A DNA stretch of 64,000 nt, taken from assembly GCA_032718475.1 (NCBI GenBank), contig JAUCBJ010007720.1:65514-129513 (forward strand), written 5' to 3'. This DNA is from Nemertoderma westbladi (Eukaryota > Animalia > Xenacoelomorpha). Position 1 is the first letter of the stretch. Every line of letters begins with the position of its first letter. A program made the position numbers and the translations under genes. The notes below the pieces were generated by a model. It was not told the DNA's origin and made no database searches. It worked only from the letters and a program-made list of their open reading frames with translations. Of this stretch, positions 51,901-63,150 are shown piece by piece.

Positions 51901-54900
51901 ATAGGGGGATGGTACTCACGAGACTCCGCAAACTGAAACAAACACTAAAACGGAGCCCCGAGAAGAATGAGTACATCCACAGAACAATTAAGAAGTACGT
52001 CGAGAAAGGATGGGCCGTGGAGTTACCGGTCGACGAGCCGAACACGGATAGGACATATTACCTGCCACTGCACGTGGCTTTAGATCCAAAGAAAGGTAAA
52101 CTAAGGATGGTAGTCGACGCATCGGCAAAGACCGACGGAAAGTGCTTAAACGACTACCTGTTAGAAGGCCCAAACATATACAATTCGGGCATAGAGGTGT
52201 TACTTAGATTTAGAAATGGGAAACACGCCTTCACGTGTGACATAGAAGGCATGTTCAACCAAGTCCGTGTAACGGAGGAAGATAGCGACAGTCAGCGCTT
52301 TTTATGGTATAACGGCGAGGAAGAACCGTCGATAATACCGGCATATAAGATGGTAGTACAGAACATGGGGGCCAAGTCGTCTTCATTTACGACGACTATG
52401 GCAGTGAGAGACACAGTAAAGGGGAAGGAAGATAGATACAGCAGTAGGGCCGTCGATATGATTCGACGCGGCTTCTACGTAGACGACGGAATGGAGTCTG
52501 GAAATACGGTTAAGGAGATACTGGATACAGGGCGCGAGGTTCGCGACATCCTAAAGGGATCCGGCTTTAACCTAACCAAATTCCAATCCAGTTCGGAAGA
52601 ATTTATCAAAGCCATAGAGGACAGGAAACCAGAATCGACCATGGATAATCCCACAACAGCCAAAGGGCAGGACATGGCGATTAAGAGAACGGAATCCCAG
52701 CAGAAGGCATTGGGAATCGTGTGGGATAGAGAGACAGACGAACTGAAGTATCAGCTGAGCCAGGAGGGCGCAGACATCCACACGAAGAGGGGTTATGTAT
52801 CGTATATAGCAAGGATATACGATCCCCTAGGCCTAGCATCCCCATTATTAGTCACGGGGAAACAGATACTCAAGAGAGTATACAAATTGAAAGATGAGTG
52901 GGACGTAGAGGTACCAGAGGAAATCAAGAAACAGTGGAGCAAGTGGACAGGAGACTTGGAGAAGATGGGAACATACAACATGCCACGGGTGTATTTCCCG
53001 GATGGGAACATGATGAATCTGGACCTACACATGTTCTTCGACGCGTCGTTGGAAGCGTACGGAGCGGCACTCTACTTAGTACAACGAGAGGGGGCTCATA
53101 AGCCAAGACTAGCCTTTAGTAAAGCAAAGTCAACGCCACCAGATTCAGCATCAGTTCCTAAGTTAGAATTGACAGCCGCGAGACTAGGAGTAAGAGCCAC
53201 AGCCTACCTAGTGGATACTATTCCCAACATAGTAGAGACACACTACTGGACGGACTCCATGGTAGTGCTTGGTTGGCTACACAACGAAAGGACGAGATAC
53301 CCGATATTCGTCGCGAATAGAGTGGACGAAATAAGGGCGAGCACAGAACTGGAAAGGTGGCACTACTGCCCAACAGACGATAACCCAGCGGACTTGTTGT
53401 CAAGGGGCGTGGTACGCCACACTTTCTTGAAGAAGGAAGTATTGTGGCAACATGGGCCACAATTTCTGAGCGATAAGGAGGCCTGGCCGCCGATGAGAAA
53501 GGTGGACCCGGGCTCAGAAGTAGAGTCAGAGGGAGAAGAGGGAGATTCAGAGGGAGAAGAGATATACTCCCAGATGGTGAGGGAGATTAGGGACGTGCAA
53601 CCAGGACGGGAACTGTGCGATAACCCCACGGATAAACTCCTCAGCTACAGTTCTAGTTGGTATAAGACCAAGAAACTAGTGGCGTACTGGAGAGCCTTCG
53701 GGAATTTCCTTGCGGGAGTTGGCAAGGACAAGAAGATCAGGACAACCATAGATCTGGAAGGAGCGGCCAAGGCAGTGATCCGCTATGAACAACGGAAGAA
53801 CTACGGCGACGAGGTGGAACGCGTCGGTAACCAACAGCACCTCCGACGGGACAGCGAGCTGATTACGCTGTCGCCACAACTCAATGACGACGGGATTCTA
53901 GTAATGAATTCTAGGGTGGGATACAACAACAGCATAGTCGTACCACCGAAACCCATCATCATTCCTACAGGATCGCCAATAGTCCACCAGATTATATGGG
54001 ACTCCCACAAATCGATATTGCACGGGGGCACCAACCGAACCCTCACAGAGATAAGGAGGACCTATTGGGTCAAACAACTGAGGAAGAAGGTAAAAGCGGT
54101 AGTGGGGCAGTGCCAGACCTGCCGACGAGCGAAGAAGGAGCGAGCCGTACAGGAGATGGCGCCACTACCGGCGAGTAGGGTAAGACAGCACGACCCGCCA
54201 TTTACGCATTGCGGTGTGGACATGTTCGGGCCAATAAAGATCAAAGTGATGCGACACACGGAGAAACGCTACGGCATTATCTTCGTTTGTAACAACACAC
54301 GGGCAGTAGGGATAGAACTCGCCCAAGATGCAACCGCATCAGCATTCATTAATGCCTTAGAAAGATTTAGAGACCGCAAAGGTGGGACGATCGCAGTGAT
54401 ATACAGCGACAACGGCACCAACTTTGTGGGCGCAGAGAGTGAGATAGCAGAGGCCTTGGACATCTTGGAGGGAGAAGAAGTCAGGGCAGCCATGAGACGA
54501 CGACAAGTAAAGTGGGAGAGAAGGATGCCGTATGCACCACATACACTAGGATGCGTCGAGAGACTGGTGGGCAGTTCAAAGCGTCTAATGACGAAGCTAA
54601 TGAACACCCACATGGTCACTGAGGACGTCTTACGTACAGTACTTGCGAAGTGCGAGGGGATCATTAATAGCAGACCGCTATATCCGGAGAATGATGACCC
54701 TGAGTCACTAGACGTGCTAACGCCTAGCCATTTCCTAATGGAAAGGCCAGCGACGATCGATATGCGGGGTGTAGACCCAGATGACATACACTCCCGCCAA
54801 AGTTGGAAAGTCGCTAAAGCAATAAGCGCAGAGTATTGGAGGAGGTGGGTCGAGGAATACCTACCCACACTCCATAAAAGGAGTAAGTGGAGGAAGCCAA

Positions 54901-55115
54901 ATAGGGAGTTAAGAGAGGGAGATCTCGTAATCGTTACGGATGATACTATCATCAACAACCAGTGGCGGTTGGCGAGAGTTGTAGGCACTTACTCCGACGA
55001 GGACGGAAGAGTCCGATCGGTAGAAGTGCGGATAGGTGGTAAGATAGGTGCGAAGGACAGAAAAACCTACAGGAGGGCTGTGGGAAAATGCTGTCTGTTA
55101 GAAGGGGCACCTTAG
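48849..55115 (+). CDS. BEL/Pao gag-pol polyprotein (gag core, Zn knuckles, aspartic protease, RT, RNase H, integrase)
   Basis: Contains FDGS..EYLQFW (DUF1759-like), CSRCVMSGHRAREC, LVDSGA, FYVDD, FFDAS, PKLEL, NPADLLSRG, H..H/CQTC, GVDMFGP, SDNGTNF and WRRWVEEYL. The PR-RT-RH-IN order and motifs are Pao-type. Confidence 0.96.
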   Translation: MASGGGGLREPHNSELAAKRGGAESVPQPSADNARAEIGKPQQPATESNRGIASIPSGVRPSRERQVDVVRGRTKRRARSEEGRRTVGFNREVDERSHEREYSTERRRREDSSRSIAANDRRARTDSEPSVVEMRTESQWGRTPGDCHRPGEMRPGEAHYAPREGYAMYRYEDENSREGGRRETFRRNIPTDREYGSRGEDYSRRINFDPEQHMQTVGHTVCLTAHTVGHTERGNVGDRIAWTTGLNPEVAEYIPAGRPEADRPIPVPVQQYDYSMQGHNIYPGEGGIIADRCMGPNILTSTPVPNIPVGGGQGDIPPSQYQQYTPIGARTTRPLHENRSCDTDIWRGPLPPMTYPSQRKSRNRTDGTHQTGETIQHPSNPLEAQAMGMATLIDALKTRIELPPVEPFKFDGSRPEEYLQFWRMYSNEILTKNLTQVECLKYLQVYTGGPAYDIVRQYQGIEGGFTTAWRALDREYGHPAKIIRQTLRGITSGGLQDNPISIKTFANKVEKALIVLKTLDAPYELNASNNITTIAQALPSWLRNKWRKIAFSTRDKKGAEPGLEEMSNFLNYEAELITDPVYSEDSLGKGPKTDYHRPKPEHNTSNALPRLRQSLPYAATQGTASPQLAEDKTTPWNGQGNNNNTNKHNPSTSSRLNPNNKNSRDFGTNATAIRNALYKEGYDPKSKCQLHANALHQTMNCRYWQALPRQDQIDYAFSNKICSRCVMSGHRARECKEKPIKFGQRRGQTMATSTVGAKKRGTVLLGVVPVRVIGEGNRSVTTLMLVDSGAAFTLVEGWVAEEIGLRTRPSRMAVTTISSKDEILEMRTGRCAIAAMAPGCDYGATIDPIQVIESININARRPTNIEVEQYKFLDDIDFSIPDVDVRKVSIIVGMDCPTAHERMQTVFGEDKQSDPVAILTPFGWTLSGPIKSKIPFRMSETSGCMFAGTMQEMGKEGAEEQLKRLFRQDFEGLKETGVGTSVEDKRALQSVEESMTCDEGRYTIGMVWKLPKIPLPDNRGMVLTRLRKLKQTLKRSPEKNEYIHRTIKKYVEKGWAVELPVDEPNTDRTYYLPLHVALDPKKGKLRMVVDASAKTDGKCLNDYLLEGPNIYNSGIEVLLRFRNGKHAFTCDIEGMFNQVRVTEEDSDSQRFLWYNGEEEPSIIPAYKMVVQNMGAKSSSFTTTMAVRDTVKGKEDRYSSRAVDMIRRGFYVDDGMESGNTVKEILDTGREVRDILKGSGFNLTKFQSSSEEFIKAIEDRKPESTMDNPTTAKGQDMAIKRTESQQKALGIVWDRETDELKYQLSQEGADIHTKRGYVSYIARIYDPLGLASPLLVTGKQILKRVYKLKDEWDVEVPEEIKKQWSKWTGDLEKMGTYNMPRVYFPDGNMMNLDLHMFFDASLEAYGAALYLVQREGAHKPRLAFSKAKSTPPDSASVPKLELTAARLGVRATAYLVDTIPNIVETHYWTDSMVVLGWLHNERTRYPIFVANRVDEIRASTELERWHYCPTDDNPADLLSRGVVRHTFLKKEVLWQHGPQFLSDKEAWPPMRKVDPGSEVESEGEEGDSEGEEIYSQMVREIRDVQPGRELCDNPTDKLLSYSSSWYKTKKLVAYWRAFGNFLAGVGKDKKIRTTIDLEGAAKAVIRYEQRKNYGDEVERVGNQQHLRRDSELITLSPQLNDDGILVMNSRVGYNNSIVVPPKPIIIPTGSPIVHQIIWDSHKSILHGGTNRTLTEIRRTYWVKQLRKKVKAVVGQCQTCRRAKKERAVQEMAPLPASRVRQHDPPFTHCGVDMFGPIKIKVMRHTEKRYGIIFVCNNTRAVGIELAQDATASAFINALERFRDRKGGTIAVIYSDNGTNFVGAESEIAEALDILEGEEVRAAMRRRQVKWERRMPYAPHTLGCVERLVGSSKRLMTKLMNTHMVTEDVLRTVLAKCEGIINSRPLYPENDDPESLDVLTPSHFLMERPATIDMRGVDPDDIHSRQSWKVAKAISAEYWRRWVEEYLPTLHKRSKWRKPNRELREGDLVIVTDDTIINNQWRLARVVGTYSDEDGRVRSVEVRIGGKIGAKDRKTYRRAVGKCCLLEGAP

Positions 55116-55244
55116 TAGAGTTAGAGAAAAGTTTAGTCGTCCAAGTTTTGGACTGAGGGGGGTGGGATTGAGGGCGAGACGCCCTTCCCACAAACAAAAT
55201 AAAATAAAATAAAATAATAGTACATGGTAGGTACGCAGTTAGTA

Positions 55245-55765
55245 GGCAGAAGTTAGTTAAGAGGTACGTAGTACCTAGTTAGTTAGTTAGTTAGAGGGTA
55301 CGTAAGTACCGTTAGTTAGTTAGAGAGTTAGAGGGTACGTAAGTACCGTTAGTTAGTTAGAGAGTTAGAGGGTATGTAAGTACCGTTAGTTAGTTAGAGA
55401 GTTAGAGGGTACGTAGTACCGTTAGAGAAGAGTTAGAGTTAGGGTACGTAGTACCGTTAGTTAGAGAAGAGTTAGAGGGTACGTAGTACCGTTAGTTAGA
55501 GGAGAGTTGGAGGGTACGTAAGTACCGTTAGTTAGTTAGAGAGTTAGAGGGTATGTAAGTATGTTAGTTAGTTAGAGAGTTAGAGGGTACGTAAGTACCG
55601 TTAGTTAGTTAGAGAGTTAGAGGGTACGTAGTACCGTTAGAGAAGAGTTAGAGTTAGGGTACGTAGTACCTTTAGTTAGAGGAGAGTTAGAGGGTACGTA
55701 GTACCATTAGAGAAGAGTTAGAGTTAGGGTACGTAGTACCGTTAGTTAGAGAGAGAGAGTAAGAG
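55245..55765 (+). repeat. AGTT-rich tandem repeat in the 3' UTR of element 2
   Basis: Variable units of about 30-36 bp, GAGGGTACGTAAGTACCGTTAGTTAGTTAGAGAGTTA, each with a small GGTAC..GTACC inverted repeat. Confidence 0.9.
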
Positions 55766-57300
55766 GTAGAAGGGTATATAAGATATAGATATTAGTTAGC
55801 AGTTAGTAGCGTTAGTAGCGAGAGGGGGGCATATGAGTACAGCTGGGTAAATCGTGTGGCCACACGACGCACACTGCTGTACTGCATAGGCCCACAGAGT
55901 AGGCCAGAATGTGGATTAGGGAATAGAATAATCAATAGGAAGCAGTAGGGTAGTAGGATTGAAATTAAATCAAAATAAAATTAGAATAAGAATAGGGCTA
56001 AGAAGGGGAACAAATTATGGTAACAGTAGTAAGAATAGGCAATAACTCAGAAATTCAGAAAGAGATAGGCCATTGAACCGAACTTAAACCACCTAAGCCC
56101 ATCACTCATCACGTTTGCGCCTTGGCAAGGCACCACCTACGGGTGAGCGATCGGGCAGAGTTCGAGATGGCAGGTGAACTTGTTAGAGAGGAGAGAAGCA
56201 GAGGAGAGGGAGGAGGAAGCTAGGGCGCAGAGCTACGGCTTCGAGGAATAAGCAGCCTTAGACGAACTTCGTTGGGCTTCGTCAGGGAGTTCGGGGGAGT
56301 CTCTAGGGAAAGAACTGGGGTGGACGGTGGGATCACCGAAACAGTCGACGACGGGATTGCAAGCAAAGAAGATGATCCTATGGGACGCCACCAGAGGGAG
56401 ACAACCGGGCCACTCTGAGGGGCCACCGGCGAAGCGATATCGGGCACTAATAACACCAGCGCCCAAGGAGCCAACGACCGGGATCAGCAGGGAGGTGGCG
56501 GTGAAGGTCCGAAAGCAGAAAGCGGATGATGCCAGAGGAACGGTGATAACCAAGAAACGACCCAGGGAAGAGGACGCCAGGGGGAACTATCCCCAGAGGA
56601 ACAGATAGGTTCCCAGAGTCGAGGGAGAGAGACTGGGACTTGGACGTGGTACGCCTGGAAGGCGCCGCGTGGGACGTACGAACTATTAAGTACAAATTTA
56701 ATTAATGCAAATAATCATATAAGTGCAATTCGTATGTACGTATGTAGCAATTAGTAATCTACGAATATATACGCTGGGAGTAAGTACTATAGTCATACAA
56801 CCTTTCTCAATTAGCTACTGGGACTGGGGGATAACTGACTATGGCACTATGGACGAGACACCAGACAATTTCACACTTCTTGAGTGCGATGGCACAAGAG
56901 GGGGGGGGGAGATTCGTCAGAAGGGATGAGGTAGTCAGAGTAGGGTTGAGGGACGGAGTAGTAGGTGCGGAGTGCGGAGAGAGTGCGGACGCAATTCTAG
57001 TGTGGGGGGGGGGGAGAATAAGAGGCTGAGTGAGGGACGAGGAGGTCCGGGTGTATGGGAGAGTTAGGATGAGAGTGAAGAAGAGATAGGGCGGAAGTGT
57101 TGGGGAAACAAAAGTTGCGTGAGAGGTGAACGCGATCGGCCCAACATGAGACGCCAGGCACACAGAGTAGCGTTATCATACCCATAGGGGGCGGCCTGGA
57201 AAGCCGGCTCCGAGAGAAAAGAATTCCACCCCACACCCGATACTAGATCGGGATCCAGCGGGATTGTAGCACACTTTTTGGATGATGCTATCTTCTTACC

Positions 57301-57322
57301 GGGAAGATAGCATGGGGGGGAG
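57301..57322 (+). promoter_or_regulatory. Polypurine tract of element 2
   Basis: GGGAAGATAGCATGGGGGGGAG lies immediately before the 3' LTR. Confidence 0.85.
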
Positions 57323-57866
57323 TGTTAGCTTATTCAATCCCGCTAACACCCCATAAAGTTATAAGCCGATAAGCAATATTGGGAGCCACGAGATTGGGTA
57401 ATTAACCAACTCGTGCCATCCCAATAAGAATGGGAAGGAGAAGCACACAATGAGGGTCAGGGGCCAAACCCCTAACCCAGAGAGAATAGGTGGAGTGAAC
57501 GGGAACACTCCAAGGGGCGCCAACAAGGGTATCAACCAATCAGAGGGGGGAAAGGCATCGATTAGGTAGAGTAACAAGGCCAACCGTGCAATATAGCCAC
57601 TTGGCAGTAATAATACCAATTCAGTTATCTCAGTGCAATACCGGTGCTAGATTAGGTTACATAGTTTTAGATAGGGAAGGACCGGGACTTTAGTTACCGT
57701 ATCCCGCCTTCCGTATACGACAATATATCTCATACCTATATCTATATCTATATCTGCATATCATATTATATACGACAAACAGTACAAACTCATTTACTCT
57801 TTATACACGGCGGGGACGCGTGAACTAAAACCGGATAAACCGGGATCCCTCTTGGATCCCGTCACA
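57323..57866 (+). repeat. 3' LTR of element 2 (544 bp)
   Basis: Direct repeat of 45955..46494. Confidence 0.97.
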
Positions 57867-57975
57867 ATACCGGTACAGCAGTACAGGACAGTAGCTAGTA
57901 TACTAGTGGAGTAGTGTAGGTTTACGGATACCGGTACAGCAGTACAGGACAGTTGCTAGTATACTAGTGTAGGTT
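57867..57975. repeat. Short 61-bp-period duplication
   Basis: ATACCGGTACAGCAGTACAGGACAGT.GCTAGTATACTAGTG occurs at 57867 and ~57928. Confidence 0.8.
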
Positions 57976-58200
57976 TATCTTATACAATGTGTGCAGCCCC
58001 CCCCCCCCCCCCCTCCTCAGAGATATAGTAATTTATATTTTATAAGTTCTTTCTTAAAAATTTAGGCAACCAACTCCCTTATGGCGATCACTCGGTGAAT
58101 ATCGAATAGGGGTTATCTTAATCTCAATTTGCTCGGAAAATAAAAGATTTAATTAAATCTTAATTAAACAGAAGACAGAGAAGAAAGAAGAACCAACCTG

Positions 58201-61200
58201 TTGAAATGTAAAACGACACTAAAGATTGCTACAATGAACACACGCACGCTGAAAGCCCATACCAAACAGGGTGACATGGTCGCTCTGGCAATGGAATATA
58301 ACATCGACATCATCTGCATCCAAGAACATCGGATTTGTCATGAAAACACTGCCATGAAGTACAATGACATTGGAAATGGATGGACGTTAGTAACAAGCTC
58401 AGCAGTAAGAAACTCGGCCAATGCATCTATTGGCGGAGTAGGAATTCTGCTAAGCCCATTTGCACTTAAGACCCTAAACAACATCGAATCTATAAATTCC
58501 AGGGTTAGGATCGCAACATTTGATGGGAATCCCAAGACAACAGTTGTATGTTGCTACAGTCCAACCAATGCCTCAGAGCCAGAACAAGCAGTCAATAACA
58601 CCAGTTCTAACAGAAATGGGTACTTACTTTTAGACCTAATGGAAGAATGTGAATTGATACCAATAAACAACACATTCGAAAAGAGTAAGGGGAAGCTATG
58701 GACCTTTCAATACCCTAATGGAACCCAATCACAACTGCATCACATTACATCATTATAAACAAAAAGTGGAGAAACAGCGTGATCAACTGCGAGGCATACA
58801 GCTCGTTCAACCTAATTGGTTCGGACCACAGAATTGTGACTGCAGAGATCAGACTTAGTTTGAGAGCCAGCAAACCCAGGACAAGCAAGCAAATCAACTA
58901 TGTCTGGGAGAAACTCAGAACTGACAATGCAGTAAAGGATGCTTACACAGTAGAAGTTCAAAACCGCTTTGAAGCACTTCAGTCAATGGATGAAGACCAG
59001 TCCACCGATTCAATATACCAGAATATAATAACAGCCCACAAGGAATCAGCTAAGAGGCATATCCCCCAGAAACCCAAACGAAAACAGTATGTGCCATGGC
59101 AAAACTCTGAGGTTACTTGTAAGGCTCCCCTTACATGGAGCAACTTGTTTCTGCAACTTGTTTCTGAAACATGTTGCTGGACCCCCTCACACACAGAAAC
59201 TTGTTGCTGCAACTTGTTTTAGCATCTTGTTTCCGAAACTTGTTTCTGCAACTTGTTGCTGGACCCCCTCACACACAGAAACTTGTTGCTGAAGAAAATA
59301 ACAATTATTTCCAAATAAATAGCTAACATGTCCAGTCATTTGTATATAATATCACATCACTCAAATTATCTAATATTAGGTAGTATCAAAATAGAATGTA
59401 ATAAAAGTTTTTCAAAAAGTTGCTGGGAATATAACATCCAGCAACTTGTTGCTGGACTCCCTCACACACAGAAATAAGTTGCGGAAACAATTTGCAGAAA
59501 CTTGTTGCTGGAGTCCTCACACACAGAAACAAGTTTTGGAAACAAGTTGCAGCAACAAGTTTCTGTGTGTGAGGGGGTCCAGCAACAAGTTTTAGAAACA
59601 AGTTGCTCCATGTGAGGGGGGCCTAATAGTTTAATTTTAAAGTGTGAGGTTACTGAGGTTACTTGTAAGAGAAAAGATCTTAAGATAGCCTACAAAGTTA
59701 AAACCGAACAACCAACAACCGAAAACATTAACAAGGTTGAGAAAGCTAAGGACGATCTTAAATTGGCCTACAACATCAGCCAGGTAAAGTACATACAGGA
59801 TAAAATTGAAGCAATTAGAACTGCTCACATACAGATGACAATCATCAGCAACAATCAAGACTTACCTAGCAAACTGTAAATGAGGTATCTAGTCGGAAAA
59901 GTTGTGCAAAGGGCGCCTCAAAGCCGATAGTCCGATTGGGAAGTGGAAAAATCACTTCAGCAACTTGCTTGGGCAGCCACCAAACATCGAGGTCAGCCCT
60001 ACAAGGAAAATATATGACAAGACACACCATGACAGTCCATTATTGAATGTTTGCAACCCCATGTTAAAAGGAGAAAAGCCACCACCAATTTGGACTAAAG
60101 GTCAACTAAAGCCTCTCCCCAAGAAAGGAGACCTCGGCATACCAACAAACTATCGTGGGATCTGTCTGCTTGTGGTAGCTGCCAAAATATACAATATAAT
60201 GATTCTATATAGGATTAGGCCTCACATAGAGAAACTACTGCGTAAGAGCCAAAACGGATTTCGACAAAGTAGATCAACAATAGCTCAGATACTTGCAATA
60301 CGGAGACTTATTGAAGGAATTAAGACAAAGAATCTCCCCGCAGTCATGACTTTTGTGGACTTCAAGAAGGCATTCGACTCCATCCATAGAGGTAAAATGC
60401 TTGAAATCCTAAGAGCTTATGGAATACCAGAAGTAATTGTTGCTGGCATTGGATTGTTATATTGTGACACAGAAGCGCAGGTACTCTCACTAAATGGTAA
60501 AAGTGAGTTTTTCTCAATCCTGGCTGGCGTACTGCAAGGTGACACATTAGCACCATTACTATTTGTAATTTTGCTGGATTACTCAATGAGGACGGCCACA
60601 AAGAGTGAAGATCTCGGATTCACACTTCAAGAACGCAGAAGTAGTAGATATCCGGCAACTAATGTCACAGACACCGACTTTGCGGATGACATCGCCCTGC
60701 TCTCTAATACGCTAATACTCTAATACGCACAGCTTCTACTAAATAAAGTGGAGAGGGCTGCTAAGGGGGTTGGATTGCATATAAAGGCTACCAAGACCGA
60801 ATTCATGACCTTTAATGTTGATGGAAACTTGACAACCATTGATAACAATCAACTAAGGAAGGTCGATGACTTCCAGTACCTTGGATCATGGATAGAGAGT
60901 AGAAAAAAGGACATAGAAGTTAGGAAAGCAAAGGCTTGGGTAGCTCTGTCAAAAATGGATACCATCTGGAAATCAAATCTCTCCAGGCACCTGAAGACTA
61001 AGTTCTTTCAAGCCACAGTAGAAAGTGTATTTTTATACGGGGGTGAGACCTGGACACTGACTAAATCACTTGAACAACGAATTGATGGTTGCTACACAAG
61101 ACTACTAAGGGCAGCCCTAAACATCAGCTGGAGACAACACATGACAAACACCGAGCTTTATGGTACAATACCACCTGTATCAACCACCCTCCGTGAACGC

Positions 61201-61440
61201 AGATTAAGATTCAGTGGGCACTGCTGGCGAAGTAAAGACGAGGTCATACCAGATCTACTTTTCTGGCAACCAACTCATGGAAAGCGTAGTCATGGACGAC
61301 CGGTCATAACATATATAGATCAACTTGAAAGGGATTCTGAACTTGAGAGAAACGAAATTGCGACAACTATGGAGAATCGGGAAGCCTGGAAGGATCTCAT
61401 TTCCACTGTCCGAGTTCGCTCGACCTAGTAGTAGTAGTAG
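58201..61440 (+). mobile_element. Decayed RTE-like non-LTR retrotransposon (APE endonuclease + RT) with (TAG)n tail
   Basis: APE motifs KIATMNTRTL, DIICIQEHR and GSDHRIV. RT motifs NYRGICLL, FVDFKKAFDSI, GVLQGDTLAPLLF and FADDIAL. The C-terminus GHCWR...GRP..W is RTE-type, and the stop codon runs into TAGTAGTAG. There are frameshifts and internal deletions, and the 5' end is undefined. Confidence 0.88.
59123..59623. mobile_element. Non-autonomous TIR element (PIF/Harbinger-type MITE, ~500 bp) inside the LINE
   Basis: The left TIR is GGCTCCCCTTACATGGAGCAACTTGTTTCT and the reverse complement of the right end is GGCCCCCCTCACATGGAGCAACTTGTTTCT. TAA flanks both sides (59120-22, 59624-26). Internal subrepeats are CAACTTGTT and CCTCACACACAGAAAC. 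Confidence 0.88.
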
Positions 61441-62219
61441 TTGGAGAATCGGGAAGCCTGGAAGGATCTCATTTCCACTGTCCGAGTTCGCTCGCTCTAG
61501 TAGTAGTTGGAGAATCGGGAAGCCTGGGAGGATCTAATTTCCACTGTCTGAGTTCGCTCGACCTAGTAGTAGTATTAGAATCGGGAAGCCTGGAAGGATC
61601 TCATTTCCACTGTCCGAGTTCGCTCGCTCTAGTAGTAGTTGGAGAATCGGGAAGCCTGGGAGGATCTCATTTCCACTGTCCGAGTTCGCTCGACCTAGTA
61701 GTAGTATTAGAATCGGGAAGCCTGGAAGGATCTCATTTCCACTGTCCGAGTTCGCTCGACCTAGTAGTAGTAGTAGAATCGGGAAGCCTGGAAGGATCTC
61801 ATTTCCACTGTCCGAGTTCGCTCGACCTAGTAGTATTTGGAGAATCGGGAAGCCTGGAAGGATCTCATTTCCACTGTCCGAGTTCGCTCGCTCTAGTAGT
61901 AGTTGGAGAATCGGGAAGCCTGGGAGGATCTAATTTCCACTGTCTGAGTTCGCTCGACCTAGTAGTAGTATTAGAATCGGGAAGCCTGGAAGGATCTCAT
62001 TTCCACTGTCCGAGTTCGCTCGCTCTAGTAGTAGTTGGAGAATCGGGAAGCCTGGGAGGATCTCATTTCCACTGTCCGAGTTCGCTCGACCTAGTAGTAG
62101 TATTAGAATCGGGAAGCCTGGAAGGATCTCATTTCCACTGTCCGAGTTCGCTTGACCTAGTAGTAGTAGTAGAATCGGGAAGCATGGAAGGATCTCATTT
62201 CCACTGTCCGAGTTCGCTC
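61371..62219 (+). repeat. 13-copy tandem array (~65-72 bp) of the LINE 3' terminus
   Basis: The unit AGAATCGGGAAGCCTGGAAGGATCTCATTTCCACTGTCCGAGTTCGCTCGACC(TAG)n encodes the last codons of the RT ORF (ENREAWKDLISTVRVRST*) plus the tail. Confidence 0.95.
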
Positions 62220-62799
62220 TTGCCGGTCTGCCGGTAGCTACTACCTAGCTCTGTCTGTATGTAGCTAATCATAGTCTGCAGTGCCGGTGTTCTCTGGGTC
62301 TGCTATCGGTACTGTCAGTCCGAGCTGTATGCACTGCTTGCCTAGAACAACCACATCCGGTACAGCCAGACAGCAGTACTGCGCCGCGGTACCGGGTACC
62401 TTTTGTCTGTTCTTAAGACATGTACAGATGTAAGGGGACGCTTTAGGCTTTCTGGCAGTTATTTAAAACGTTGTAGGCAGATGCCCAAGGTTGGCAATAA
62501 TGTTCCCCATGTTCGGGCGCACTCTGAATGCCTAAATTACGGTTGTTTGGTGCAGTTAAAAGTTGCCTATGTAGGCTTGTAGGCCTATGTAATTGCGTTA
62601 TTTCAATACCTCACCCAGGGCTATCTGACGGAATGGATTTTGACCATCAAGGTGGGTAAAGGCCATTGATGGGTATCTGATGCATGCAACAGAAAATTTC
62701 ATCAGACCGAAATCATGCAGTCAGGACATGATCATTACTGACCGTGTACCGGTAGGTGTCCTGCCTATAGGCAATAACATTTTTTGATATAATATTATG

Positions 62800-63055
62800 T
62801 GAATATGTTTTGGCCGGTAATCTGAAGCTGCAGTCTGGGTCTCAGGTCGAGACAAGACCGTGGTCACCATATCTGGCACCTGATTGGCTCTTACTTTCAA
62901 ACGTCGAAAATGTGCCCAGGCCTTGATATTTTACGGTACAATTTTATGCGAAAATGTTTTGGACGGTACTCTGAAGCTCCAGTTTGGGTCCCAGGTCGCG
63001 ACCATACTGTGGTCACCAGATACGGCCTCTGATTAGCTGATTCTTTAAACGTTAA
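62800..63055. repeat. Diverged direct repeat, ~150-bp period
   Basis: ATGTTTTGG.CGGTA.TCTGAAGCT.CAGT.TGGGTC.CAGGTCG...GTGGTCACCA occurs at ~62804 and ~62954. Confidence 0.75.
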
Positions 63056-63150
63056 TAACTCGAGTTTTATTTTACTTTGTGGTGGAGTTTGAAGGCTAGG
63101 AATATTCTCTGGATGATGCCCCAACTCACTGATGATGTTTCATAGCTGTG

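Larger units (their letters stand above)
45955..57866 (+). mobile_element. Near-intact BEL/Pao LTR retrotransposon (element 2), ~11.9 kb
   Basis: Two near-identical LTRs (TGTTAG...GTCACA), a long gag-pol and a PPT. There is no target-site duplication (TGGAC on the left, ATACC on the right). Confidence 0.96.

Noticed and set aside
46422-55197. Many minus-strand ORFs over element 2 and plus-strand ORFs over element 1
   Set aside because: They are shadows of the real coding strand and show no recognisable motifs.
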